From an uncultured Gammaproteobacteria bacterium (GTDB lineage: Bacteria > Patescibacteriota > Microgenomatia > UBA1406 > HO2-37-13b), in NCBI GenBank assembly GCA_964612595.1, contig CAZTFB010000001.1:323058-387057 (forward strand): DNA of 64,000 nt, given 5' to 3'. The notes below the pieces were generated by a model. That model made no database searches and was not told the origin of the DNA. It saw only the letters and a program-made list of their open reading frames with translations. Shown piece by piece: positions 46,375 through 56,300 of this stretch. Numbering within the stretch: the stretch's first letter is position 1; each line of letters opens with the position of its first letter. The position numbers and the translations under genes are program-made.

Positions 46375-46404
46375 TTGACAGAGCACTACTATCTCGTGTA
46401 GAAT
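46375..46404 (+). promoter_or_regulatory. Promoter for sodA with the -10 box 6 nt from the ATG (leaderless candidate)
   Basis: TTGACA (46375-46380), 18-nt spacer, TAGAAT (46399-46404), gcaggt, ATG 46411. Confidence 0.55.
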
Positions 46405-46410
46405 GCAGGT

Positions 46411-47016
46411 ATGTTTGACCTTCCTGATCTACCATATGCTTATGACGCTCTTGAGCCACATATTGATGAAGAAACAATGCATCTTCACCACGACAAGCAC
46501 CATGCTACATATGTAACAAATGTAAATGCCGCATTAGAAAAGTACCCTGAACTTTCTGCAATGTCGATCGAAGATCTCATTAAAAATCTAGAGAAGGTTC
46601 CTGAAGAAATTCGAACAGTGGTGCGTAATAATGCGGGTGGTCATTACAATCATAGTATGTTTTGGCAGCTCATGTCACCAAATGGTGGAGGAGAGCCAGA
46701 TGGAGTACTAAAAACCGTCATCAACGAACGATTTGGGTCATTTAATGAATTTACAGAATCATTTAATAAGGCTGGGCTAGGCAGATTTGGAAGCGGCTGG
46801 GTGTGGCTAACAGTAAAGGTCGGCACACTTGACATTGTTTCTACACCAAATCAGGATTCACCCCTTATGGATGGCTCAACACCAATAATGGGTTGTGACG
46901 TCTGGGAGCATGCATACTATCTAAAATATCAAAATCGTCGAGCTGAATATCTCGCATCCTGGTGGAATGTTGTAGACTGGCACAGAGTTTCAGAACTTTA
47001 CCAGGCTGCTCTATGA
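46411..47016 (+). CDS. sodA: Fe/Mn superoxide dismutase
   Basis: 201-aa ORF with [22 protein letters not shown] and DVWEHAYYL motifs. Confidence 0.95.
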   Translation: MFDLPDLPYAYDALEPHIDEETMHLHHDKHHATYVTNVNAALEKYPELSAMSIEDLIKNLEKVPEEIRTVVRNNAGGHYNHSMFWQLMSPNGGGEPDGVLKTVINERFGSFNEFTESFNKAGLGRFGSGWVWLTVKVGTLDIVSTPNQDSPLMDGSTPIMGCDVWEHAYYLKYQNRRAEYLASWWNVVDWHRVSELYQAAL

Positions 47017-47693
47017 TAAGGAAATATTGGTACCTATTCTTCTTCTATATAGTTGTGCTCATTTCAATTATATATAAAGATGAGCTCTTCCAATCGTTTA
47101 TTGAGTATAGAAATAGCACCTTACATCCCGTCGCACTAAACAAATCAATCTACAGATCACCACCCACACCCCTACTTACAATGTCCCCTGTTCCATCTGA
47201 GCTGCCGAATAAAAGAGCTCCAGTTTATCCAACTAAAACTACCGAAGAATGGGGAGTTGCAAAAGAGATAGAGGAAGGCACCTATACTATTCGGGTAGGT
47301 AATGACGCAGCAATGGGTAATCCCCAAGAAGTATTTGCAGCACTCAATGCATATAGAAATACTAACGGTCGCTCATCACTCACATGGGATGATACCTTAG
47401 GAAGATATGCGCAGAGTCGAGCTGAATATATGGACAGTATTCAAACAACTGACAAGCATGCGGGTTTTAATACATTCCTCGAAAAGGAAGACGGCTTTAA
47501 CCAACTTGGTTTTTATCAACTAGGGGAAAACTCATATTACGGAGGTCCGCTAAACGGCACGCATGTCATAGAATGGGTTTTTGCAAAAAGCCCTGGTCAT
47601 GATGCAAATCAAAAAAATAGTGACTGGACACATGTGGGAATAGGAACTACCGATGCGACCGTTAATCTTATCTTTGGCGGAAGTAAAATGTAG
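47013..47693 (+). CDS. Membrane-anchored/secreted CAP (SCP/PR-1-like) domain protein
   Basis: Track ORF from 46962. The ATG at 47013 ([19 protein letters not shown]) overlaps the sodA stop (ATGA). The CAP-like pattern is [10 protein letters not shown]...GENSYYGG...GHDANQ...THVGIG. Confidence 0.65.
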   Translation: MIRKYWYLFFFYIVVLISIIYKDELFQSFIEYRNSTLHPVALNKSIYRSPPTPLLTMSPVPSELPNKRAPVYPTKTTEEWGVAKEIEEGTYTIRVGNDAAMGNPQEVFAALNAYRNTNGRSSLTWDDTLGRYAQSRAEYMDSIQTTDKHAGFNTFLEKEDGFNQLGFYQLGENSYYGGPLNGTHVIEWVFAKSPGHDANQKNSDWTHVGIGTTDATVNLIFGGSKM

Positions 47694-49190
47694 CTAAACT
47701 TTCTCAGTAACTTTATACTCGATTTTCTTTCCAAGAAGCATGCGTGTGTGAGCTTCCAACGCAGGTAACGAAGAAAACAAAAATGAGATAATGGGGAGGA
47801 GATACCACTGAATAAACAACATAGGAACATTGCGCAATTCTGTTTTAATCTTTGCTTTCTCTCGAAGTTTGTAATCAAAGTAGAGAGACAGAATTAATAG
47901 TACTGATGAAAGTGTCAATATAAGTGATGATAGTTTTGGAAGTAAAAATCCAAAAACAGTTCTCCTAAATACAGGATTAACTAGTGGTGGGATGGATGCG
48001 CTAATAGTTAAGAGGAAAAATGAAGTAGGCCAAAGAAAATGAGTTTCAAAAACATGAAAAATTCTCTTAAATTTTAAAGAAAAACGAATATGCGGGCTAT
48101 GAAGTGATCGCACAATCGCATATGGAATATCCGTCACTCCCCATGCCCATCGCTTCTCCTGTTCATAGCGGGTTTTAAAAGTCTTCCACAAAGTATTTGA
48201 GAGCACACCATCTCTAATGACAGGCATATAGATGGGAACTGTCTTAACCTTTTCACCAAGTGAAAAAAAGGCCTGCATCCAAATATGCCAATCCTCTGGA
48301 ATGATATCGGTGTCCCAATATCCAACTTTTTCAAGCAGCCAAAGGTTGGTTGAATAGGTAGATATTTGTATTAAATCATCTTCTTGAGAAACATAAGCAA
48401 ATCGCACAACTGAAGAAAGTATTGTTTGAATTCGAATAGGTAAGGGCAGTTTCCAAAAATTGTTATATAAAAGCACTGGAGCCGCATAAAAATGATAGCA
48501 GCTATCTGGATTTTTTAGAAACTTGTAAGTAACGCACGGTACGTAATCTTTAGGCAAAAGACTATCTGCATCACATACGGTTACTACTGCGTTATCAGGT
48601 GCGATACCTAATTTTCGTACCATTTTAGACATATGTTTTGCCGCATATGTGGCATTACTTGCCTTTCCAACCTCCTCACCTGGTAATAGTTCATGATAGG
48701 TTGTTGAAATGCTTGCAAATACTGAACCATATTTTTCTTCTATTTGACGACTTCTTTCTTTAGCTGCTCCACCCTCTCGTTGTTCCATCCCTAGAACGAC
48801 GTGAATTCTTTTTTTGTCGTAGTTTTGTTCGATCATATGATTGAGAGTTACTGAAAGTTTTTCAACTGACTCTTTATAGTTAACGATAAGCATAAAATGG
48901 TGGATGTCCTTGTAGTTTGGAATCTGTTGTACCTCTGCGAGCCAGTCGATTTTTTCGACAACCTTCATAAGACGATAAGAGATAATCGAATAATAGGCAG
49001 TTTTCATTGTTTTGTAAAAAAAATAGAGAAGGTAAGCCAAAATTAAATATGCCGCAACGGCGGGATGAAAGATTGACATCCACACGGGCATAAAAATGGT
49101 TGCCCATACGAGAAGAGGAATGGATATTTCGATACCACGATACAGGGCACTACTTTTATCTACAATATACTGATTAATTTGGGTTGTCAT
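47694..49190 (-). CDS. Membrane-embedded family 2 glycosyltransferase (processive, cellulose/chitin-synthase-like motifs)
   Basis: 498-aa ORF with CDADSLLP (DxD), a QxxRW-like QEKRWAWG, and TM segments at both ends. Confidence 0.7.
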   Translation of the reverse strand: MTTQINQYIVDKSSALYRGIEISIPLLVWATIFMPVWMSIFHPAVAAYLILAYLLYFFYKTMKTAYYSIISYRLMKVVEKIDWLAEVQQIPNYKDIHHFMLIVNYKESVEKLSVTLNHMIEQNYDKKRIHVVLGMEQREGGAAKERSRQIEEKYGSVFASISTTYHELLPGEEVGKASNATYAAKHMSKMVRKLGIAPDNAVVTVCDADSLLPKDYVPCVTYKFLKNPDSCYHFYAAPVLLYNNFWKLPLPIRIQTILSSVVRFAYVSQEDDLIQISTYSTNLWLLEKVGYWDTDIIPEDWHIWMQAFFSLGEKVKTVPIYMPVIRDGVLSNTLWKTFKTRYEQEKRWAWGVTDIPYAIVRSLHSPHIRFSLKFKRIFHVFETHFLWPTSFFLLTISASIPPLVNPVFRRTVFGFLLPKLSSLILTLSSVLLILSLYFDYKLREKAKIKTELRNVPMLFIQWYLLPIISFLFSSLPALEAHTRMLLGKKIEYKVTEKV

Positions 49191-49224
49191 ACCAAGAATT
49201 TCTTAGATTTATTATAGCAGATAC

Positions 49225-49515
49225 TCATTTTGTATGCAGATACACAAAACCAACTAATAATATTGCTAACAAGAGGCATAGATTTAATAATGTGAGAAGC
49301 TTGAATACAAATAGCACTGATACAAGAAAAATGATACTTGATACAAACCCCGCCCTTTGTTTAGCAACTTTTAGTTCGATAAGTGACACAAAAACAAATA
49401 TTGTCCCGCATATATGTAGCAATATGGCAATAGGCAGACTTGGAGGGACCAGCATAATAATAAACCCCATAGATAAGACTATTAAGAGCAAAACAATAAG
49501 GTTTCTGTAGCGCAT
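49225..49515 (-). CDS. Small 3-TM membrane protein upstream of the GT2 gene
   Basis: Track ORF 49225-49545 begins at a non-ATG codon. The ATG at 49515 (MRYRNLIVLLLIV) lies 7 nt from a TATAAT box. Confidence 0.45.
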   Translation of the reverse strand: MRYRNLIVLLLIVLSMGFIIMLVPPSLPIAILLHICGTIFVFVSLIELKVAKQRAGFVSSIIFLVSVLFVFKLLTLLNLCLLLAILLVGFVYLHTK

Positions 49516-49522
49516 GTAATCT

Positions 49523-49530
49523 ATTATACT
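49523..49530. promoter_or_regulatory. Overlapping back-to-back -10 boxes serving divergent genes 21 bp apart
   Basis: Minus strand: TATAAT (49528-49523), 7 nt, ATG 49515. Plus strand: TATACT (49525-49530), 6 nt, ATG 49537. Confidence 0.4.
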
Positions 49531-49536
49531 TATCTC

Positions 49537-50343
49537 ATGCCACAAAAATTACAACAGGTACTAATTGGGTGTATTCTTATTGGAACTTTTGTATACTTTG
49601 CGACTGAAGTCTTTACTACGTCATACAGTACGCCTTCAAAGAAAAAGGCTGAAGTCAACTCGCCCACCCCTGAACCTACTGAATCGTCCTCAGAGTGCCT
49701 TGGTCCATATCTCAATGTAAATGAGGGTGCCACATGGAACTACACTATAACTAGCTCTGAAGCATCATCAGATAAAAAAATCCCTACGCCAAAATCTGAT
49801 ACGGCAAAAATAGCTGTATCGCTGACAAAAAAAGAGCCTGGTAGATTAACATTTACTACTACCGATGCTGCGACTACTCAAACATCATCAACACATGTTA
49901 CTTGTAGAATGTCTGGTTTGTACGGTTTACCAATATTCTCCCCAATAGAATCTATTGATTTGATTCCTCAGGGGCTTGTTGAAGAGATTTTTAGCCAGGT
50001 ACTGTTTATACCAAATCGAAGAGTGTATAAGGGGACTGCATGGACATCGACAATAAACATTGCATCTTTCCTACCTATTAAGATGGATTCAACACCACTC
50101 GGTTTAGCCTTTAACGTACAAGCGGAGGAAGTAAGGAATATCCAGGGGAAGAAATACGGAGCTGTGCAGATTCAAAGTTCTACAGATTCAAAAAGTCCTA
50201 TTGATCTTGGCTCATTATTTGATGCAACCTATACGCTTGGTGAGAATGTTGGACTAATTGAAGCACATATTCGCATCAAAGTACCAACGAAAGGAAGTTA
50301 TGCTGTTAAAATATCGTTACAGAAATTCTCAAACCCTCTTTGA
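49537..50343 (+). CDS. Membrane-anchored/secreted protein, function unknown
   Basis: 268-aa ORF with an N-terminal hydrophobic segment ([19 protein letters not shown]), then a Ser/Thr-rich, beta-rich region. Confidence 0.5.
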   Translation: MPQKLQQVLIGCILIGTFVYFATEVFTTSYSTPSKKKAEVNSPTPEPTESSSECLGPYLNVNEGATWNYTITSSEASSDKKIPTPKSDTAKIAVSLTKKEPGRLTFTTTDAATTQTSSTHVTCRMSGLYGLPIFSPIESIDLIPQGLVEEIFSQVLFIPNRRVYKGTAWTSTINIASFLPIKMDSTPLGLAFNVQAEEVRNIQGKKYGAVQIQSSTDSKSPIDLGSLFDATYTLGENVGLIEAHIRIKVPTKGSYAVKISLQKFSNPL

Positions 50344-52428
50344 TTTCATGAGCTCGATGATGCTTTGTGGCACTTCCTCGTAGTGTGATGGTTCCATATA
50401 GAAGAAACCTCTTCCTTGGGTAAGTGATCTAATAGTTGTGGCGTAACCTGATAATTCGGCAAGCGGTGCGTTTGCTTTAACAATGGTTGAGTTGCCTCTT
50501 TTTTCAGTACCAAGAATCTTTCCTCTTCGACTTGAGAGATCGCCGATTACTGTTCCCATATATTCATCAGGAACAGTTGTTTCCATTTTCATAATAGGTT
50601 CAAGAAGCGAAAGTCCTGCTTTTTTTGCTCCCTCTTGGAGTCCAATTGAACCAGCAATCTTAAAGGCCATATCTGAAGAGTCAACATCATGGAATGTTCC
50701 ATCGTATAATGTGACCTGAAGATCAGTTACTGGGTAGCCTAACAAGACACCCTTCTCCATTGCTTCTACAACACCTTTTTCTACTGATGGAATAAATTCC
50801 TGTGGAATGGCTCCTCCTTTAATAGCATTTACATATTTGTATCCTTCACCACGACCTAGTGGCGTAAGTCGTAAGAAACAGTGCCCATACTGTCCACGAC
50901 CTCCACTTTGACGAATATACTTTCCTTCGACCTCAACTTCTTTACTTATTGTCTCTCGATACGCAACTTGAGGTTTACCAACATCTACATTTAAGCCCAT
51001 TTCTCTTTGCATGCGATCGACAAGAATCTCAAGATGCAACTCGCCCATACCTGATATAATCGTCTGGCCGGTTTCATGGTCAACTTTAACTCTGAATGTT
51101 GGATCTTCTTCGGAAAGTCTTTGTAATACATAAGAGAGTTTTTCCTGATCTGATTTTGTTTTTGGTTCAATGGCCAGCGAAATAACTGGTTCAGGAAAGG
51201 TTATCTGCTCAAGGATGATTGGATTTTTTTCATCCGAAAGACTGTCTCCAGTTCCCGTATCTTTTGGACCGATAAGACCAACAATTTCTCCTGCATAAGC
51301 TTTATCAATTTCCTCACGGTTGTTTGCATGCATAATCATGATGCGACTTACGCGCTCTCTTTTTCCATTAGTCACGTTATACACATATGATCCAGTCTCG
51401 AGAACCCCGGAGTAAATTCTTGCATAGGTAAGTTTTCCGACGTGAGGATCCAGTTGAATTTTAAAAGCAATAGCCGCTAAATCTTCATCAATGCTCAGTT
51501 TTCTCGTTATCTCTTCTTCAGTACCAGGCTTTAGTCCTTTAATTATCTTTAGATCTGCTGGAGATGGTAAGAAGTCAACAACTCCATCAAGTAATGGTTG
51601 TACACCTTTATTTCTCAAGGAAGTTCCTGCATAGATAGGAACGATTTTATAGGCAATTGTTGCTTTGCGTATTCCCCTCATAAGTTCTTCATTCGAAATT
51701 TCTTCGCCTGCAAAAAACTTTTCTAGGAGATCATCGTTAAACTCACACACCGCCTCAATCATTTCTTGCCTTTTCGCTTTTGCAAGCTCCAACATATCAG
51801 CTGGAATTTCTTCAATATCGTAGTCTGTGCCTTTTGCATCTTTACCCCAGATATATGCCTCCATCGTTACGAGATTAACCACACCGACAAATTCAGACTC
51901 TTGTCCAATCGGGTATGCAATTGGTACAGGTTTCGCCTGAAGTCTTTCACGGATGTCTGTAAGCGTATTTTCAAAATTAGCTCCAATCTTATCCATTTTA
52001 TTAATAAAACAGATACGTGGAACATTGTATTTGTCTGCCTGTCGCCATACTGTTTCAGATTGTGACTGAACACCTTCTTCTGCATCAAAGACCATAACGG
52101 CGCCATCAAGCACGCGAAGTGATCGCTCTACTTCTGCAGTAAAATCGACGTGGCCAGGAGTATCGATAATATTAATACGGATATCTTTCCAGAAAGCAGT
52201 TGTTGCGGCTGAAACGATAGTAATACCTCTTTCTCTTTCTTGATCCATCCAGTCCATCTGTGTATCACCATCATCAATATCACCAATTTTGTAGGTACGA
52301 CCTGTATAAAAAAGTATGCGTTCTGTTGTAGTCGTTTTTCCTGCATCAATGTGAGCAATAATACCGATATTACGGATCTTTTCAGGATCAATAGTCCTAT
52401 TCTTAGTAATGATATTCTGTTGCGCCAT
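50329..52428 (-). CDS. fusA: Elongation factor G
   Basis: Track ORF to 52443. [17 protein letters not shown] and NKMD motifs are present. The start is either 52443 or, avoiding overlap with rpsG, 52428 ([10 protein letters not shown]). Confidence 0.95.
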   Translation of the reverse strand: MAQQNIITKNRTIDPEKIRNIGIIAHIDAGKTTTTERILFYTGRTYKIGDIDDGDTQMDWMDQERERGITIVSAATTAFWKDIRINIIDTPGHVDFTAEVERSLRVLDGAVMVFDAEEGVQSQSETVWRQADKYNVPRICFINKMDKIGANFENTLTDIRERLQAKPVPIAYPIGQESEFVGVVNLVTMEAYIWGKDAKGTDYDIEEIPADMLELAKAKRQEMIEAVCEFNDDLLEKFFAGEEISNEELMRGIRKATIAYKIVPIYAGTSLRNKGVQPLLDGVVDFLPSPADLKIIKGLKPGTEEEITRKLSIDEDLAAIAFKIQLDPHVGKLTYARIYSGVLETGSYVYNVTNGKRERVSRIMIMHANNREEIDKAYAGEIVGLIGPKDTGTGDSLSDEKNPIILEQITFPEPVISLAIEPKTKSDQEKLSYVLQRLSEEDPTFRVKVDHETGQTIISGMGELHLEILVDRMQREMGLNVDVGKPQVAYRETISKEVEVEGKYIRQSGGRGQYGHCFLRLTPLGRGEGYKYVNAIKGGAIPQEFIPSVEKGVVEAMEKGVLLGYPVTDLQVTLYDGTFHDVDSSDMAFKIAGSIGLQEGAKKAGLSLLEPIMKMETTVPDEYMGTVIGDLSSRRGKILGTEKRGNSTIVKANAPLAELSGYATTIRSLTQGRGFFYMEPSHYEEVPQSIIELMKSKRV

Positions 52429-52436
52429 GTAGTATT

Positions 52437-52910
52437 TTACCAATTAAAGTGGGCAAATGCCTTATTAGCCTGTGCCACTTTTTCGACTTGGAGTCTCTTA
52501 TTAACAGCTTCACCTTGATTCTGGTAAGCATCCATTATCTCTGCAAAAAGTTTATTTTCAAATGATTTGTACTGTTTGTTTGAGCGAGAATTTGCGCCGT
52601 TCACAATCCAGTTCAATGCTAAATAGAGTCTTCTTTGTGGTCGTGTATCCATAGGTACAAGATATGAGGCGCCTCCAACGCGACGTGGCTTTACTTCTTT
52701 TGTTGGAGCAACATTATCTATAGCACGAACCAATACCTCAATTGGGTCAAGGTTCTTCTCTTTGATTTGGTTCAGGGCACCGTATACAACCTTTTCTGCA
52801 ACTGTTTTCTTTCCATCGACCATTACATAGTTGATGAGCTTAGCTATCTCATAGCTCTCATGCATTATGTCGTTCGATGCGGTATTTTTTTTATATGATC
52901 TTCTTGGCAT
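52437..52910 (-). CDS. rpsG: 30S ribosomal protein S7
   Basis: 157-aa ORF with [14 protein letters not shown], ending in KAFAHFNW. Confidence 0.9.
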   Translation of the reverse strand: MPRRSYKKNTASNDIMHESYEIAKLINYVMVDGKKTVAEKVVYGALNQIKEKNLDPIEVLVRAIDNVAPTKEVKPRRVGGASYLVPMDTRPQRRLYLALNWIVNGANSRSNKQYKSFENKLFAEIMDAYQNQGEAVNKRLQVEKVAQANKAFAHFNW

Positions 52911-52921
52911 GTTTAATTATG

Positions 52922-53338
52922 TTAATTTTTTTTAGGTTTGCGTGTTCCATATTTAGATCGTGATGACGCTCTATTTTCTGTACCTGTAGAGTCGTACACG
53001 CCACGAACAATATGATATTTTACACCAGGTAAATCTTTTACTCTTCCTCCTCGCACTAATACAACTGAGTGCTCTGCAAGTTGATGACCAATACCTGGGA
53101 TGTATGCGGTAATTTCGGAACCGTTTGAAAGCTTAACACGAGCCACTTTTCGAAGTGCTGAGTTAGGTTTTTTTGGTGTCATTGTTCTCACCACAGTACA
53201 AACACCACGCTTAAAAGGACTCTTATGAGGCACTTTTTTGCGCTTTATATTATTTACCGAATGTTTGAGACCCACAGCATTTGCCTTTTGGGGTTTCATT
53301 GTTCGTCTATGTTTTATGAGCTGATTTATTGTTGGCAT
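52922..53338 (-). CDS. rpsL: 30S ribosomal protein S12 (about 13-aa N-terminal-region insertion relative to E. coli, from memory)
   Basis: 138-aa ORF with the MPTINQLI start, [11 protein letters not shown] and [13 protein letters not shown]. Confidence 0.9.
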   Translation of the reverse strand: MPTINQLIKHRRTMKPQKANAVGLKHSVNNIKRKKVPHKSPFKRGVCTVVRTMTPKKPNSALRKVARVKLSNGSEITAYIPGIGHQLAEHSVVLVRGGRVKDLPGVKYHIVRGVYDSTGTENRASSRSKYGTRKPKKN

Positions 53339-53341
53339 ATG

Positions 53342-56300
53342 TTATTCTTCAACTGCTTCCACTACTGCTTGTTCGTCATCGGAAACTTCTTCATTACCTG
53401 CTTCGTCCTCTTCAGCCTCTTCTGAAGCTTCATCAGCAATAGGTCCTTCCTCCATAGCTTCGACTACTTCTTCTTCGAAAGTAGCTGGTGTGGCTGCTAT
53501 TCCTTCTGCGGAAATAGTTTCACTTGCTGCTTCGAGGTTTTCTCCGTAATACTTATCAAGGAGATCTGCGGTAACAGGTATGAGCCTTCCAATTATAACA
53601 TTTTCTTTTAGACCTACAAGGTTATCTATTTGACCCTTCAAAGAAGCTTGTGTTAAGACGCTGGTTGTGCCTTGGAACGAAGCTGCTGAGAGCCAAGAAT
53701 CAGAGTACGTCGCTGCCTGGGTTATACCAAGAATTGAAATACGTCCGATTGCTGGTCGACCACCCTGTACAAGGATCTTGCGATTTTCGCGGTCGAACTG
53801 GTAGCGGGATACAACCTCTCCAGCGATGAACTTGGTATCACCCTCACTATCGATGATAACTTTATCACTCATCTTGCGAATAATGACCTCGAAATGTTTG
53901 TCATGAATAGCGATACCTTGTGACTCATACACCTTTTGAATCTCATTCAAAAGATAAATCTGAGCTTCATCAAGACCTTTGATAGAAAGCACGTCTTTAA
54001 TGTTAAGATATCCCTCACATATTGAGTGACCAGCTGGAATAAGCTGACCGTCTTTTACCTTTAATTTTCTGTTTGTTGGTAATAAGAATTCTCGTACTTC
54101 CTTTGTTTTGTCGGTTGAGGTTACTTTAATGACGAATACGTCTTTATCGAGGTCTTCTTGGATAGAAACTTTACCTGCAATGTCAGAGATTGGTGAAAGT
54201 ACCTTAGGCGTTCGTACTTCGAACAATTCTTCAACACGTGGAAGGCCTTGTGTCACGTCGGCAATAATAATACCTCCAAAGTGGCGCACACGCATCGTTA
54301 ACTGTGTACCAGGCTCACCAATAGATTGTGCTGCTAATACGCCAACTGGTGTACCGATGTTTACGATTTGATTAGTTGCCCAGTCAATACCGTAACATTT
54401 CTGGCAACATCCATATTCAGTTGTACAGTAAAGCGCTGATCTGACAACAATTTTATCAACACCATGCTTTTCCAAAAGCTGAATTGCTGCTTCGTCAATA
54501 AGATCGTTCTTCTTTAGAATAGTTTTCTTATCTTTGCCTTGGACCGCCTTAAAAACATATTTACCTCGAATACGATCGTTGAATTTCTCACCTCGTTCAC
54601 CTTCTTTGCGAACAGTAAGTCCTTCAGCAGTGTCGCACTCCTCTTCGCGAATAATCATGTCGTGCGATACGTCTACAAGTCGACGCGTAAGATATCCTGC
54701 ATCAGCGGTTTTGAGCGCCGAATCGATAAGACCTTTGCGTGCTCCGCGTGCATTTGTAATATATTCGAAGACTGAAAGTCCTTCACGATAGTTTGATTTT
54801 GTAGGAACCTCAATAATCTTTCCGAGTGGATCGATAACAAGTCCTTTCATTGCTGAAAGCTGTTTAAGTTGTTCTCGTGATGCACGAGCTCCTCCCGACT
54901 TAATAATAATCTTGACTGGATTTTCTTCATCAATCTGATCCCATGTCTTGTCAGCCATATGTTCAGTTGTTTCAATCCAAATATTGTTGGAAAGACGTTT
55001 TTTCTCTTCCTCTGTAATCAGTCCTTTGAAGTAGTTTTTTTCGATTTCACGGACTTTTACATCAGCTGCTGCTATTAATTCATTCTTTTCCTTAATAATT
55101 TCACAGTCAAATACCGAAACCGATACACCTCCAGAAACAGTTGCTCCCCAGAAGCCAAGCTGTTTAAGATTATCTACAAGGTCTGCAGTTTTTTGGTCAT
55201 CATTTTCAAAGAGCTTAATAGCATCAACAACAATCTTTTTTAAATCCACAAGTCCGACAGGTTCATTACGGAATCGCATTTCCTCTGGAAGCTGTTGATT
55301 AAACAGAATGCGTCCAATAGTTGTACGAACCATCTCACCCTTAATACGAACAAGTATTGGCTCTCTTATGCGTAAGTTTCGCAAGGTGAAAGAAAGAAGG
55401 GCTTCTTCCTCATTTCTATAGTATTTAAGCTCGTTTTCCTTTTGCGCGTCAAGATGCGAATCCACTGTAGTGATGTAATAACAACCAAGTGCCATCTCTT
55501 TGTTTGGCACAAGGATTGGACTTCCATCTGATGGTTTAAGGAAGTTGTGCTGTGGTAGCATTCGCTGCTCAATTTCTTCAGTGGAATTTTTTGAGAGCGG
55601 CACATACACACCCATTTGGTCGCCATCGAAGTCTGCATTATATCCCTGACATACAACTGGATGAAGACGAATCGCATAATCATCAGTCAATACTGGATAG
55701 AATCCAAGGATAGAAAGCTTGTGCAGCGTTGGTGCACGGTTTAACATAACAGGGTGATTCTTTGTAATCTCCTCAAGAATATCGTAAATGACGGGATCTT
55801 TTGTTTCCAAGAAATTCTTTGCACTCTTTATGTTTTGTGCAAGTCCTCGAATAATAATCTCACGAAGCAAGAAAGGCTTAAAGAGCTCTATAGCCATTTC
55901 TTTTGGCAAACCACATTGATTAAGCTTAAGCTCTGGACCAACGATAATAACTGATCGACCTGAATAGTCGACACGTTTACCAAGAAGGTTTTGTCTAAAT
56001 CGTCCTTGCTTTCCCTTAAGTATATCAGAAAGTGACTTAAGAGCTTTTGCACGGACTACTCTTCGCTGTGAACCTCTTGATTTTGAAAGATCTATGAGTG
56101 AATCAACAGCCTCCTGAAGCATTCTCTTTTCGTTGCGAAGAATAATCTCAGGCGCACCTAACTCAATAAGATGCTTTAAGCGATTATTTCTATTAATGAC
56201 TCTTCTGTAAAAATCATTAAGATCTGATGTTGCAAACTTTCCACCTGCAAGCTGGACCACTGGTCGAAGATCTGGTGGAATAACAGGTAGCACAACCATA

